A stretch of DNA of 17,552 bases from Thermoproteota archaeon (GTDB taxonomy: Archaea > Korarchaeota > Korarchaeia > Korarchaeales > Korarchaeaceae), in assembly GCA_015522685.1 (NCBI GenBank), contig WALU01000015.1:1-17552 (forward strand). Direction: 5' to 3'. The position numbers were made by a program, and so were the translations under genes. Within the stretch, counting starts at the first letter, position 1. Every line of letters begins with the position of its first letter. Below are positions 1-7,092 of this stretch, in pieces. The notes under the pieces were generated by a model. It made no database searches. It was not told the DNA's origin and saw only the letters and a program-made list of their open reading frames with translations.

Positions 1-49
1 TCACCTTTCCGCAGGATTCAAACACCCTTCTAAGCTTCTTGAGATCCAT
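1..49 (-). CDS. 5' end of a gene running off the window, possibly a minimal nucleotidyltransferase (MNT)
   Basis: ATG at 49 reads MDLKKLRRVFESCGKV to the window edge. This resembles the helix that precedes the 'AYLFGS' motif of archaeal MNT proteins, but the motif itself lies outside the window. Confidence 0.3.
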   Translation of the reverse strand, partial: MDLKKLRRVFESCGKV

Positions 50-123
50 CAGGCTTAACCGTGGGAATGGGTTAAAATCGTTTCTGGGAGTTCGATTCAC
101 TAGTCGACTTAACTTCGCGCGTG

Positions 124-427
124 ATGGACCTCCGATTCCTCTGGGCGCGTCAATGTCCGGAAACCAGAAATTTCCGGAAATTAGGAAGACTTATTGGTGA
201 GACATCTCCCTTTTTAAACCGGATGCTAGATGAAACTTTCACCTTTAGTATCCTCTACATTAGACATTTGACCACCAGCCTATACTGAATGTTACATTTA
301 ATATAATCACACGCGATTTAGCGAAAAATCGACAATCGAAGAGGATCAAATTGTGGATCATATCTTTGAGGGCTTCAATAAATTCTTAGAAGAACAAGAA
401 AAAGAAGGTAGGGAAGGCCTCAGCTGA
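124..427 (+). pseudogene. Frameshifted remnant of an unknown protein
   Basis: Protein-like segments in successive frames: ...KLGRLIGETSPFLNRMLDETFTFSILYIR / FDHQPILNVTFNIITRDLAK / STIEEDQIVDHIFEGFNKFLEEQEKEGREGLS* (TGA 425-427). No family recognised. Confidence 0.25.
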
Positions 428-432
428 ATTCC

Positions 433-773
433 TTAATGTGATTTCTTCTTCCTTACGATTATTCTCTTCTTTTTGGAAGTCGTTTTCTTACCTTCGCTCG
501 ATGGAGGCGGTGAAGGAGGCCTGTATCTATCATCGTAGTAGTAAGGAGGAGGCGGAGGATAGTACTCCTCCTTCCCTTTAGCAGCGAAACCGTAAGCCAT
601 CACGATCACGCCTATTATCATCGCTAGTAAGCCGTATTCGGGAAAATTAACTGCATGTGTTGTCGTGAATTGAAAGGTCCTATTTCATGCTTTATGGGTA
701 TATTCTGAGGTGTATAGAGGAAGACGCCAATCAAAAGCAGCGCAATTCCCAGAACAACAATGCCTCCTCTCAC
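433..773 (-). pseudogene. Two-TM membrane protein with Pro/Tyr-rich linker and basic tail, split by a 1-nt frameshift near 673
   Basis: GTG at 773 gives MRGGIVVLGIALLLIGVFLYTPQNIPIKHEIGPF. Adding one base at CCT-TT-CAA continues QFTTTHAVNFPEYGLLAMIIGVIVMAYGFAAKGKEEYYPPPPPYYYDDRY...KKKRIIVRKKKSH, which is the tracked 433..621 ORF. It starts 13 nt after the stop of the upstream PH-like gene. Confidence 0.7.
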
Positions 774-786
774 TTTTCTTCATCTT

Positions 787-1095
787 CTACTTCGGTATAT
801 GCATGTAGAACTGCCTCATCGCCTTCGGATGCCCTTCTATCCTCACCTTTCTCCTCCTAAATGAGATAACGAGTGTTCCCATCTTCCTCAATATTCCTTC
901 TTCCTTGAACTGTACTTCATCTACTTCTTGCAGCTTAATTCTCACCACATCATCATTCTTGATTATAGTTCCCCTTCTTGCATAGAGGATGATGCTCCTG
1001 TCGGTCAGATAGGCTGTGTAGCGATCCTTCCCATACCTCACTGGAACCTTAAATAATATCTCCTCCTTAGGTTCTAGGTAGTCATCTAAGGGCAA
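787..1095 (-). CDS. Prokaryotic PH-like domain protein
   Basis: Pattern 'YLEPKEEILF...AYLTDRSIILY...G....DVVRIKLQEVDEVQFKEEGIL..GTLVI....C-terminal helix' is typical of bacterial/archaeal PH-like domains. A GGTGA RBS at 1101-1105 favours a TTG start at 1095 over the tracked 1158. Confidence 0.75.
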   Translation of the reverse strand: MPLDDYLEPKEEILFKVPVRYGKDRYTAYLTDRSIILYARRGTIIKNDDVVRIKLQEVDEVQFKEEGILRKMGTLVISFRRRKVRIEGHPKAMRQFYMHIPK

Positions 1096-1368
1096 AAGTA
1101 TCACCTGCTTTTTCATTATTTTGTGAAAGTAATAAGATCTGCGCACCCGAAATTTCATTCTCTTTAAAAAAGAAGTGAAAAGTTGGAATTTTTAGTCCCT
1201 CCTACACTTTCTCTTGCTACTCTTCACTATGGCATAGATTGTGGAGAAACCAACAGAGGGTGAGATCATCGTGTTCGCCGTCCCTAGGAGATTCTTTGGC
1301 TGACATATTATACTCGGCTTTAAATACAGAGTCAGAACTCCAAAATTTTAGAGAAGCGAGCGCTATAT

Positions 1369-1604
1369 TCATTTCAAACAATGTTCTTTTTCTATTTGCT
1401 TTAAGTATATCGACGAGGGCAGGTAGACCTTTCTGAGATATCTAACAAGTTGCTCGATGCTCTCTAATTCCAGAAAATCGCCTGGATCTTTCCCTTTTAC
1501 AGAGGCCTTCACTGTTTGAAATTTCAGCGCAGTTCTCTCGATAATTGAGAGTATATGATCTTCTGATTTTAGGGCCTTTCTTATCAAGGGAACATTCTGT
1601 GGTA
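1369..1604 (-). pseudogene. Fragment of unknown gene fused in frame behind the endonuclease remnant
   Basis: After SVSIP the frame continues IPQNVPLIRKALKSEDHILSII...HCLK* with no further resemblance to the endonuclease and no own start or RBS. Confidence 0.3.
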
Positions 1605-2150
1605 TGGGAATTGATACAGAGATTATGGTCACGGGTTTTTATATTCCTCTCCTTTAGATCTTCAGCGATCTTTGAAATCTTGACGCTGAAGCCTTGGAGA
1701 ATTTGAACATCATCTTTCGATAGGCTGAGTGTGTTTAACAGAGTTTCTCGCTCCAGCTTGTGCATAAATATGCCGCGAATGAGGCTTTCTGCGATTAATT
1801 CCTCTTTTTTAGAATCAGTAGAGGCATCAAGCTTCGCCAAGATATTCCTGACTTTTTCCATGAAGAATCGATGAACTCTTCTGTAATCCTCGCTTATCTC
1901 CCTGACTATGTCCCTGTAAGAGGGTATATGAACAGAAAGCCAAATGTGAAGACAAGCTTCCTTGAGCCATCGGCAAGCTCATATACGGGAGGTATTGAGG
2001 GATACACCAGCAGAGGTTAGGGAAGCTGCCTTTTTCCCACTTTCAGTAATGCTGGATGAGTGGTCTGGTTTATTCCCAGATTTATCGTACCCTTGAAGTC
2101 AGATGGATTTTCAAGATTAGCAGTCTTTACCTCTATGAAGATAAGAAAAT
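1605..2150 (-). pseudogene. BglI/SfiI-like type II restriction endonuclease remnant (N-terminus lost, one stop, two frameshifts)
   Basis: Reconstructed read: [32 protein letters not shown]...QLP*PLLVYPSIPPVYELADGSRKLVFTFGFLFIYP / SYRDIVREI...(tracked 1442..1861 ORF)...ERNIK / PVTIISVSIP. Lesions are TAA at 2017-2019, a missing base near 1921 and an extra base in the run at 1636-1640. The E-x-K, NQ, P-x-IPP-x-Y-x-L-x-DG and (S)IP blocks follow the order I recall for BglI. Confidence 0.6.
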
Positions 2151-2191
2151 AAAGTTTAAGGTCCTAGCTCTATTCCTTCAGCTTGATATCT

Positions 2192-2400
2192 CTTGAGGAC
2201 TTAGGAACTGTCATCAGGGAGGGAATATACCCGAAAAACCTTATGGAGGCCAGAGGATCTTTGACTTCACTAGAGCATTCCTCTGGCTTCTGTTCTCATT
2301 TTAAGGCTATACACTATTTCGCATGTAGAGATCTAGGTTAAGTCAAGGAATTCAGAATCAACGGTGAATTCGAGGCTTATTTAGATACTTTTAATCAATT
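2192..2400 (+). pseudogene. Possible PIN/VapC-like toxin remnant
   Basis: LEDLGTVIREGIYPKNLMEAR...SHFKAIHYFACRDLG*VKEF resembles the 'DA(I/L)HYA.C..LG..E' C-terminal segment of archaeal PIN domains. There is an internal stop and no start. Confidence 0.25.
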
Positions 2401-2637
2401 TTCGGTCCGAAAAGGAGTGATTTCAGCTGCTAAGGCCGGTCGATAACGGAAGCACTTCCATGATGTTCCTTTATCTTGGGATCGTGAGGGATCGGGTATT
2501 CAGGAGGGCACTGCTATGATGACTTCACGAACTTCCTCAAGGCACGGAATCTTTGGAAAGGAAGAGAATAGGTACTTCGTATATGCTACATTCAACAACG
2601 CCTTCTAACACTGGTGCTTTCCGTCGTCTCCCGCAAG

Positions 2638-3048
2638 TCAGCGCTCAAATATCTTACTTAGCTCTCTCATTCTTCTTGGTTCTATCTTTAGGGAGACTAG
2701 AGCCCCACCTCTCGATTCCACAGTCAGTAACGCTTTCTTTCTGAGGCCCCATATTGCCATTATAAATCCCAGAATCGTGAGTATCATGTAAAGGTTGTAA
2801 TATCCCGAGTAATAGCCGTAATAATAGGGAGGGCTTATCGAGAGCATTAGGACACCAATGATAAGGAGGACTATACCCAATATCCCTGCCCTCAGACTGT
2901 TGAAGGATTTATGGACCATAACGAGAGCGAAATCTCTGAAAATTATTTTGTATTGTCTAGTATTAATCTGGAGCCTTTCTCCCTCTTGGACTAGGTCAGT
3001 AAGTGGTTCGTCTAATCTAAAATGCTCGCCCATAGGCATCACATTCAA
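2638..3048 (-). CDS. Hypothetical membrane protein (two TM helices with a Tyr-rich loop, flanked by PH-like beta segments)
   Basis: Hydrophobic hairpin AGILGIVLLIIGVLMLSI / LYMILTILGFIMAIWGL around SPPYYYGYYSGYYN. It is followed by 'RKKALLTVESRGG..VSLKI' and a terminal helix. The start may be one of the first three Met codons. Confidence 0.7.
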   Translation of the reverse strand: MNVMPMGEHFRLDEPLTDLVQEGERLQINTRQYKIIFRDFALVMVHKSFNSLRAGILGIVLLIIGVLMLSISPPYYYGYYSGYYNLYMILTILGFIMAIWGLRKKALLTVESRGGALVSLKIEPRRMRELSKIFER

Positions 3049-3254
3049 GTTTTTCGGAAATATACTAAAAATATTAGTTTACAACACTCAAGCCTTTGCG
3101 CACGTTTATCATGGCCAATTTCTCTAAAGACCATCAGGACGATTCTCTTCACCCAACGACTGAGTCGAGTTCCCTATCACTAGGTTTAGGGCTTCCATTA
3201 AGGGTCGTAGGAAATCCCTCTCGGTGCCTACACCAACTAGGCCAAGATCTAGCA

Positions 3255-3579
3255 ATCTCTCGTAATAATTGCAGTTCCTCGTGAGGAGTGGAGACATCGT
3301 ATGATACCCAAGTCAAGGGGCGGGGACCGGCTGGGGGCGGAAAATATCGTCATAATATGCGCGAATTGCCATAGGATTCTTACTAGAGCTGAGTGCCTCA
3401 TAAACAGGTACTTTGAGAAATTCCTATCCACCGAAAGCAATCTCTACTGCCCTCATTTCAAAATCCATGAGGAGATTCTACAATTACCTCAGAGAAAATT
3501 GGAGCAGTATTCTCAACAAAATGAGGAATCGGCGTCAACCCTCATTGGAGGATTTCTTCTAAATGAGGTATATTTATGA
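3255..3579 (+). pseudogene. Degenerate HNH endonuclease
   Basis: IPKSRGGDRLGAENIVIICANCHR is an HNH core. The in-frame codons before ATG 3301 are CAT-CGT (H-R-M-I-P instead of H-H-x-I-P). The upstream Cys segment (NNCSSS*GVE) is out of frame and has a stop. Confidence 0.65.
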
Positions 3580-3658
3580 ATCACAATTCTTCTCTCGTGC
3601 CTGCTGTTATTACACTAAACCAAACCTAGCTAACGATAATAACAATTTTCATAAAATT

Positions 3659-4186
3659 CTATATAATATCCAAAATTAAGTGACTGGAGTATCCTATTAT
3701 GTAAGCAGCCGCTGTTGGAGTGAAAGCTACACCGTATTGATCCGATATGAGTAAAATACTCCATATTCCAACTACCAACCCTAGAAACCAGTGCCATGCG
3801 CCTCTATGGGAAAAGAATCTTGGAATTATCGCAAATACCAAAACGATCACTGTGAAAGCAAGCACCTTCTCATCTATGCTTATGGCCTCAATCCCGAAGA
3901 GAGGTAGTACTACCACCATGAAAAGGAGAAAAATAGATAGTGAAGTAACCACGCTTCTTATCTTAGATGCATGGCTATCCAAATCTGGAGCTAGAGATCC
4001 GAATAGAAGAGAGATCAGACTGTAAATCAGCGTTTGAGGATCATTAGGAACTATCTGATGAAGAAATGATGTTAGAGATTCGGACAGGCCTACTTCGATC
4101 CTACCAGTTAGCTGAAGGATGATGAAGACAATTACCATAAAGTAGAATACAAGTCCACCCATCAGGTGAGTTTTATACCCGGCCAT
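3659..4186 (-). CDS. Membrane-bound metal-dependent hydrolase (YdjM-like)
   Basis: All four family motifs are present: N-terminal TH, GSLAPDLD, HRGAWH and YSSHLILD, separated by several TM helices. Confidence 0.9.
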   Translation of the reverse strand: MAGYKTHLMGGLVFYFMVIVFIILQLTGRIEVGLSESLTSFLHQIVPNDPQTLIYSLISLLFGSLAPDLDSHASKIRSVVTSLSIFLLFMVVVLPLFGIEAISIDEKVLAFTVIVLVFAIIPRFFSHRGAWHWFLGLVVGIWSILLISDQYGVAFTPTAAAYIIGYSSHLILDII

Positions 4187-4245
4187 AGCTGAGTCCCCGA
4201 GATACGTAAGGGAAGGGATGTGAGCTATCCAAATTGGTCAGATTA

Positions 4246-4422
4246 TCAGAACAATCCTAAGAACTTTTTCTTCTTCCTAGGACCTCTTGGTTTTCCGGCA
4301 TCGCTTCTCTTTTTTCTCCACCGGCCCGATTTTGTTCTGGCTCTCGGTACCTTGCCAACATGAGGTATCTTACCAGCCCGTCGATCGGTTGAATATGAGC
4401 TTTTCTTGGATTTCCTTGCCAT
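4246..4422 (-). CDS. 58-aa highly basic small protein (below the ORF-track size cutoff)
   Basis: ATG 4422 to TGA 4246-4248 reads MARKSKKSSYSTDRRAGKIPHVGKVPRARTKSGRWRKKRSDAGKPRGPRKKKKFLGLF. It has 13 K + 10 R versus 2 D. A TATA-like box lies ~25-30 nt upstream and the hydrolase starts 59 nt downstream on the same strand. Confidence 0.8.
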   Translation of the reverse strand: MARKSKKSSYSTDRRAGKIPHVGKVPRARTKSGRWRKKRSDAGKPRGPRKKKKFLGLF

Positions 4423-4443
4423 GATCTAGATAGTAGTTTTTAA

Positions 4444-4466
4444 TAGATAAAAAGATTTGTGTTTCT
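4444..4466 (-). promoter_or_regulatory. Putative BRE/TATA promoter for the basic peptide-hydrolase unit
   Basis: Minus strand reads GAAACACAAATC-TTTTTATC, placing the box 24-31 nt before ATG 4422, the spacing expected for a leaderless archaeal transcript. Confidence 0.45.
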
Positions 4467-4540
4467 CATAATATAATCCATGAGTAATCCAATTTAATAT
4501 TAAATAATAAAAATGTATATCATTGCTCTAGATGATCAGA

Positions 4541-4954
4541 TCAGGAGAACCTCCTGCTCACCGCAATCTTTTCCTTCAGCTTCCCTTTCAACCCGCTGAA
4601 CCTTTCTTTATCCACAACATTGCCGCTCTCCCAATCTATCCTAAGGTATACGGATCCCCCATCCTCCATCCTCAGCTTAGCAATCCATGCTGGACTTGAG
4701 GTGGATTCCTTTATCTCAACTTCCTTGGCACCATCCACAAGAGATCTAGCCTTTTGTACAGCCAGCTCACGCGACATCCTCCTGCTTATCTCCCTCGACA
4801 CTCCCTCTTTAGTAAGGACAGCTCGGTACTCCCATCCTCCTATGAGCCCTTCAATTGACCACTTTTCTCCCCTGAACTCGGCGGATATGATCTCAGGGCT
4901 GATTCCATATTTCTTCTCCCATTCAAGTTTAACTACCTCGGTGCTGGCGTGCTC
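4541..4954 (-). pseudogene. 3' fragment of a larger protein with PepSY-like repeats
   Basis: The frame is open well upstream of the tracked 4801 start (EHASTEVVKLEWEKKYGISPEIISAEFRGEKWSIEGLIGGWEYRAVLTKEGV...) up to TAA 4955-4957 with no credible start. The unit MSRELAVQKARSLV...W.......VYLRIDWESGNVV has a PepSY-like pattern. Confidence 0.55.
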
Positions 4955-5721
4955 TTAAAGGCTGGAGAACTCTTAGGCGCGCGCGAACTGGGAGACATCT
5001 TCACCAAGAAGGAGGCCCAAGAGAAGCTCGGTATAACCACCAAGCAATTAAACTACTACCTTGAGGCGCTCCTCAGAGAAGAGTTTCTCCGGAGAATCAC
5101 CAGGGGTATCTACGTCCTCTCCCTAGAACCCGGAAAGGCCTCTTCACCTCATGAGTTCCTTTTAGGCCAGTTGTTGGTGCCCAACGGGGCAGTTGCGTAC
5201 TGGTCCGCTCTCAACTACTACGGACTGACCGAGCAGATTCCAAGAACAGTTTTCCTTCAAACTCCAGTAAAGAGAGGTTACCGAAAGCTCCTAATCCTCG
5301 ACGGCAAGAGGTTCAAGGTAGTTGTAGTCAGCCCTGAGAAGTTTTTTGGAATCAGCACCGTACGTCTTGGACGCAGGGAGGTCCGGATAACAGATCCCGA
5401 AAAGACCCTCGTGGACTGCTTGGACAAGCCCAAGTACTGCGGGGGAATAACCGAAGCTGTTAAGGCCCTCAAGAACGCGAGGCTGAATTATGAAAAGCTG
5501 TTGGAATACGCTGAATGGATGAAGAGCAAGGCCTCCTAAAGCGTTTAGGATTTTTAAGTGAGAGGCTGGGACTTGGAATCGAGGAGGAAATTAAACTTTC
5601 TGAAAAGGACAGGAAGAGCTTTGCCCTTCTTGACCCCTCAATGCCTATTGGAGGCAGTTTTAGCTATCAATGAGGCCTCAGAATCAACGTTCCGGATGAT
5701 TATTGGGAGGAGATAGAATAA
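4949..5721 (+). pseudogene. abiEi: Type IV TA antitoxin, AbiEi family, disrupted
   Basis: Winged-helix N-terminus (LRRITRGIY), AYWSALNYYGLTEQIP and TDPEKTLVDCLDKP motifs. A frameshift near 5532 hides the continuation LLKRLGFLSE...LLDPSMP...SYQ*GLRINVPDDYWEEIE*, which has TGA at 5671-5673 where Trp is expected. The N-terminus looks clipped. Confidence 0.88.
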
Positions 5722-6551
5722 TTGAGGACGAGATAAAGGTCTTGAGTTCCGAGCTTGGGGTGTCGGTTTCTACCGTTGAAAAGGACTATGCTATAAGCTG
5801 GATGCTCTACGGCATCTGGAAGTCAAGATTTTGGAGGGTATTGGCTTTTAAGGGAGGTACCTGCCTGAAAAAGGCTTACTTTCTAGACTACAGGTTTTCT
5901 GAGGATCTTGACTATACCCTGCTTTTGGAAGAACCGGATATAGAAGACATCCAAGCTAAAATATCTGAGGCTGTTGAAACGGCCAGTGAGGGGCCTGTTC
6001 AGTTCCTTGATTTTGAACTAAGGCCAAGATACGGGGTGAAGCTTTTCCAAGGAGAGCTTCTTGGATTTGAAGTTCGAATTCTGTTTAGGCTGCTCAGCAG
6101 AACCGGAAATCTGCCGAAGATTAAAATGGACATAACGCTGGAAAAGTACGAGAATATATTGTTGCCCCTCCAAGAAAGGCAGATTCTTCATGGTTATTCA
6201 GACAGCCCAAGATTTTCTGTGGTAAGCATTAGGGCTTACAGCTTAGAGGAAATACTGGCTGAGAAAATCAGGTCTCTGTTTCAGAGGACGAGGCCGAGGG
6301 ATTTGTACGATGTATGGTTTCTGAAAAACGTTGCCGATCTGGGAAGTGCGGCTCAAATACTCTGCCCCAAGTTCGAGGCTAAGGAAGTCGAGCCGGATGT
6401 GAATGCCCTTCAAGGTAGAAAGCCCTACTATGAAAGAGCATGGAAGAGCAGTCTGGGTCATCAGTTGAGTTGCCCTGAGACGTCCTCCCATCCCTATGGG
6501 ATATATCACCAGTCCCTTATAGAGGAATACCGAAGGTTCATCCTTCCTTAG
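5703..6551 (+). CDS. abiEii: Type IV TA toxin, AbiEii-family nucleotidyltransferase (start codon probably mutated, C-terminus probably replaced)
   Basis: VEKDY, FKGGTCL, YRFSEDLD, EEILAEK and RPRDLYD motifs are intact. A GGAGGAG RBS at 5706-5712 points to ATA at 5718-5720 rather than TTG 5703. Confidence 0.88.
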   Translation: MGGDRIIEDEIKVLSSELGVSVSTVEKDYAISWMLYGIWKSRFWRVLAFKGGTCLKKAYFLDYRFSEDLDYTLLLEEPDIEDIQAKISEAVETASEGPVQFLDFELRPRYGVKLFQGELLGFEVRILFRLLSRTGNLPKIKMDITLEKYENILLPLQERQILHGYSDSPRFSVVSIRAYSLEEILAEKIRSLFQRTRPRDLYDVWFLKNVADLGSAAQILCPKFEAKEVEPDVNALQGRKPYYERAWKSSLGHQLSCPETSSHPYGIYHQSLIEEYRRFILP

Positions 6552-7092
6552 GGAATAGCTTGCTCTCCATGAGCTTTATCACATCACTCTTGATGGAAGA
6601 GACTTCCTGCTGTAGAACCCTTATATCTGACCTCAACTCCCTTATCCTCATACTTAGATCATCTATGCGCTGATTCAGCCTCTTCTCCATCTCCTTCATC
6701 TTCGTCGACAAGTTCTCCTCCACGGCATCTATTCTAACATTCAGCTTCGCTTCCACAGAATCTATGCGCTGATTCAGCCTCTTCTCCATCTCCTTCATCT
6801 TCGTCGAAAGGTTAGCTTCTATCGAATCTATGCGCTGATTGATGCTAGCTGCCATGTCATCTATCCTCCGGTTCAGGCTAACGCTCAGATCATCTATGCG
6901 CTTATTTGTATCATCTATGCGCTGATTCAGGCTGCTATTCATTTCATCCATTCTCTTACTCATTAGATCTAGAAGGAGAACTATCATCTCTGTATCTGAG
7001 ATCTTCTTTCCCTCAGTCAGCTTCCTAGCCACTCTATCTGAGACCTGCTTTACTGCCTCCTCAAATATTGATGAAATCACTACCTCAGACAT
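6538..7092 (-). CDS. Repeat-containing coiled-coil protein (paREP15-like)
   Basis: Small N-terminal head (KLTEGKKISDTEMIVLLLD) followed by 11- and 7-residue (L/I/T)NxRID units. A TATA-like TTTTAATC lies about 25 nt upstream. Confidence 0.8.
   Translation of the reverse strand: MSEVVISSIFEEAVKQVSDRVARKLTEGKKISDTEMIVLLLDLMSKRMDEMNSSLNQRIDDTNKRIDDLSVSLNRRIDDMAASINQRIDSIEANLSTKMKEMEKRLNQRIDSVEAKLNVRIDAVEENLSTKMKEMEKRLNQRIDDLSMRIRELRSDIRVLQQEVSSIKSDVIKLMESKLFPKEG
6661..6931. repeat. Intragenic direct repeats
   Basis: Exact 48-bp repeat ATCTATGCGCTGATTCAGCCTCTTCTCCATCTCCTTCATCTTCGTCGA at 6661-6708 and 6760-6807 (99-bp period). The core ATCTATGCGCT recurs near 6827, 6892 and 6913. Confidence 0.95.

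Noticed and set aside
84-103. tRNA T-loop-like GTTCGATTC (possible att site)
   Set aside because: Flanks do not form a proper T stem, and no acceptor, D or anticodon arm can be built.
1239-1436. Tracked 65-aa plus-strand ORF
   Set aside because: No RBS or motif; antisense to decayed minus-strand coding sequence.
1475-1500. KGKDPGDF as a DnaG/TOPRIM primase motif
   Set aside because: No upstream DxD or conserved Glu; a single short motif in a fragment is not enough.
2553-3440. Tracked ORFs 2553..2744(+), 2858..3127(+), 3096..3284(+) and 3249..3440(-)
   Set aside because: Antisense shadows of the membrane-protein and HNH genes or low-information frames without start signals.
3747-6509. Tracked ORFs 3747..4025(+), 4620..4958(+), 5278..5472(-) and 6243..6509(-)
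   Set aside because: Each lies opposite a better supported gene and shows no recognisable motif.
6661-6931. Repeats as a CRISPR array
   Set aside because: Repeat spacings are multiples of three, the repeats lie within an ORF and encode coiled-coil units; no unique spacers or cas genes.
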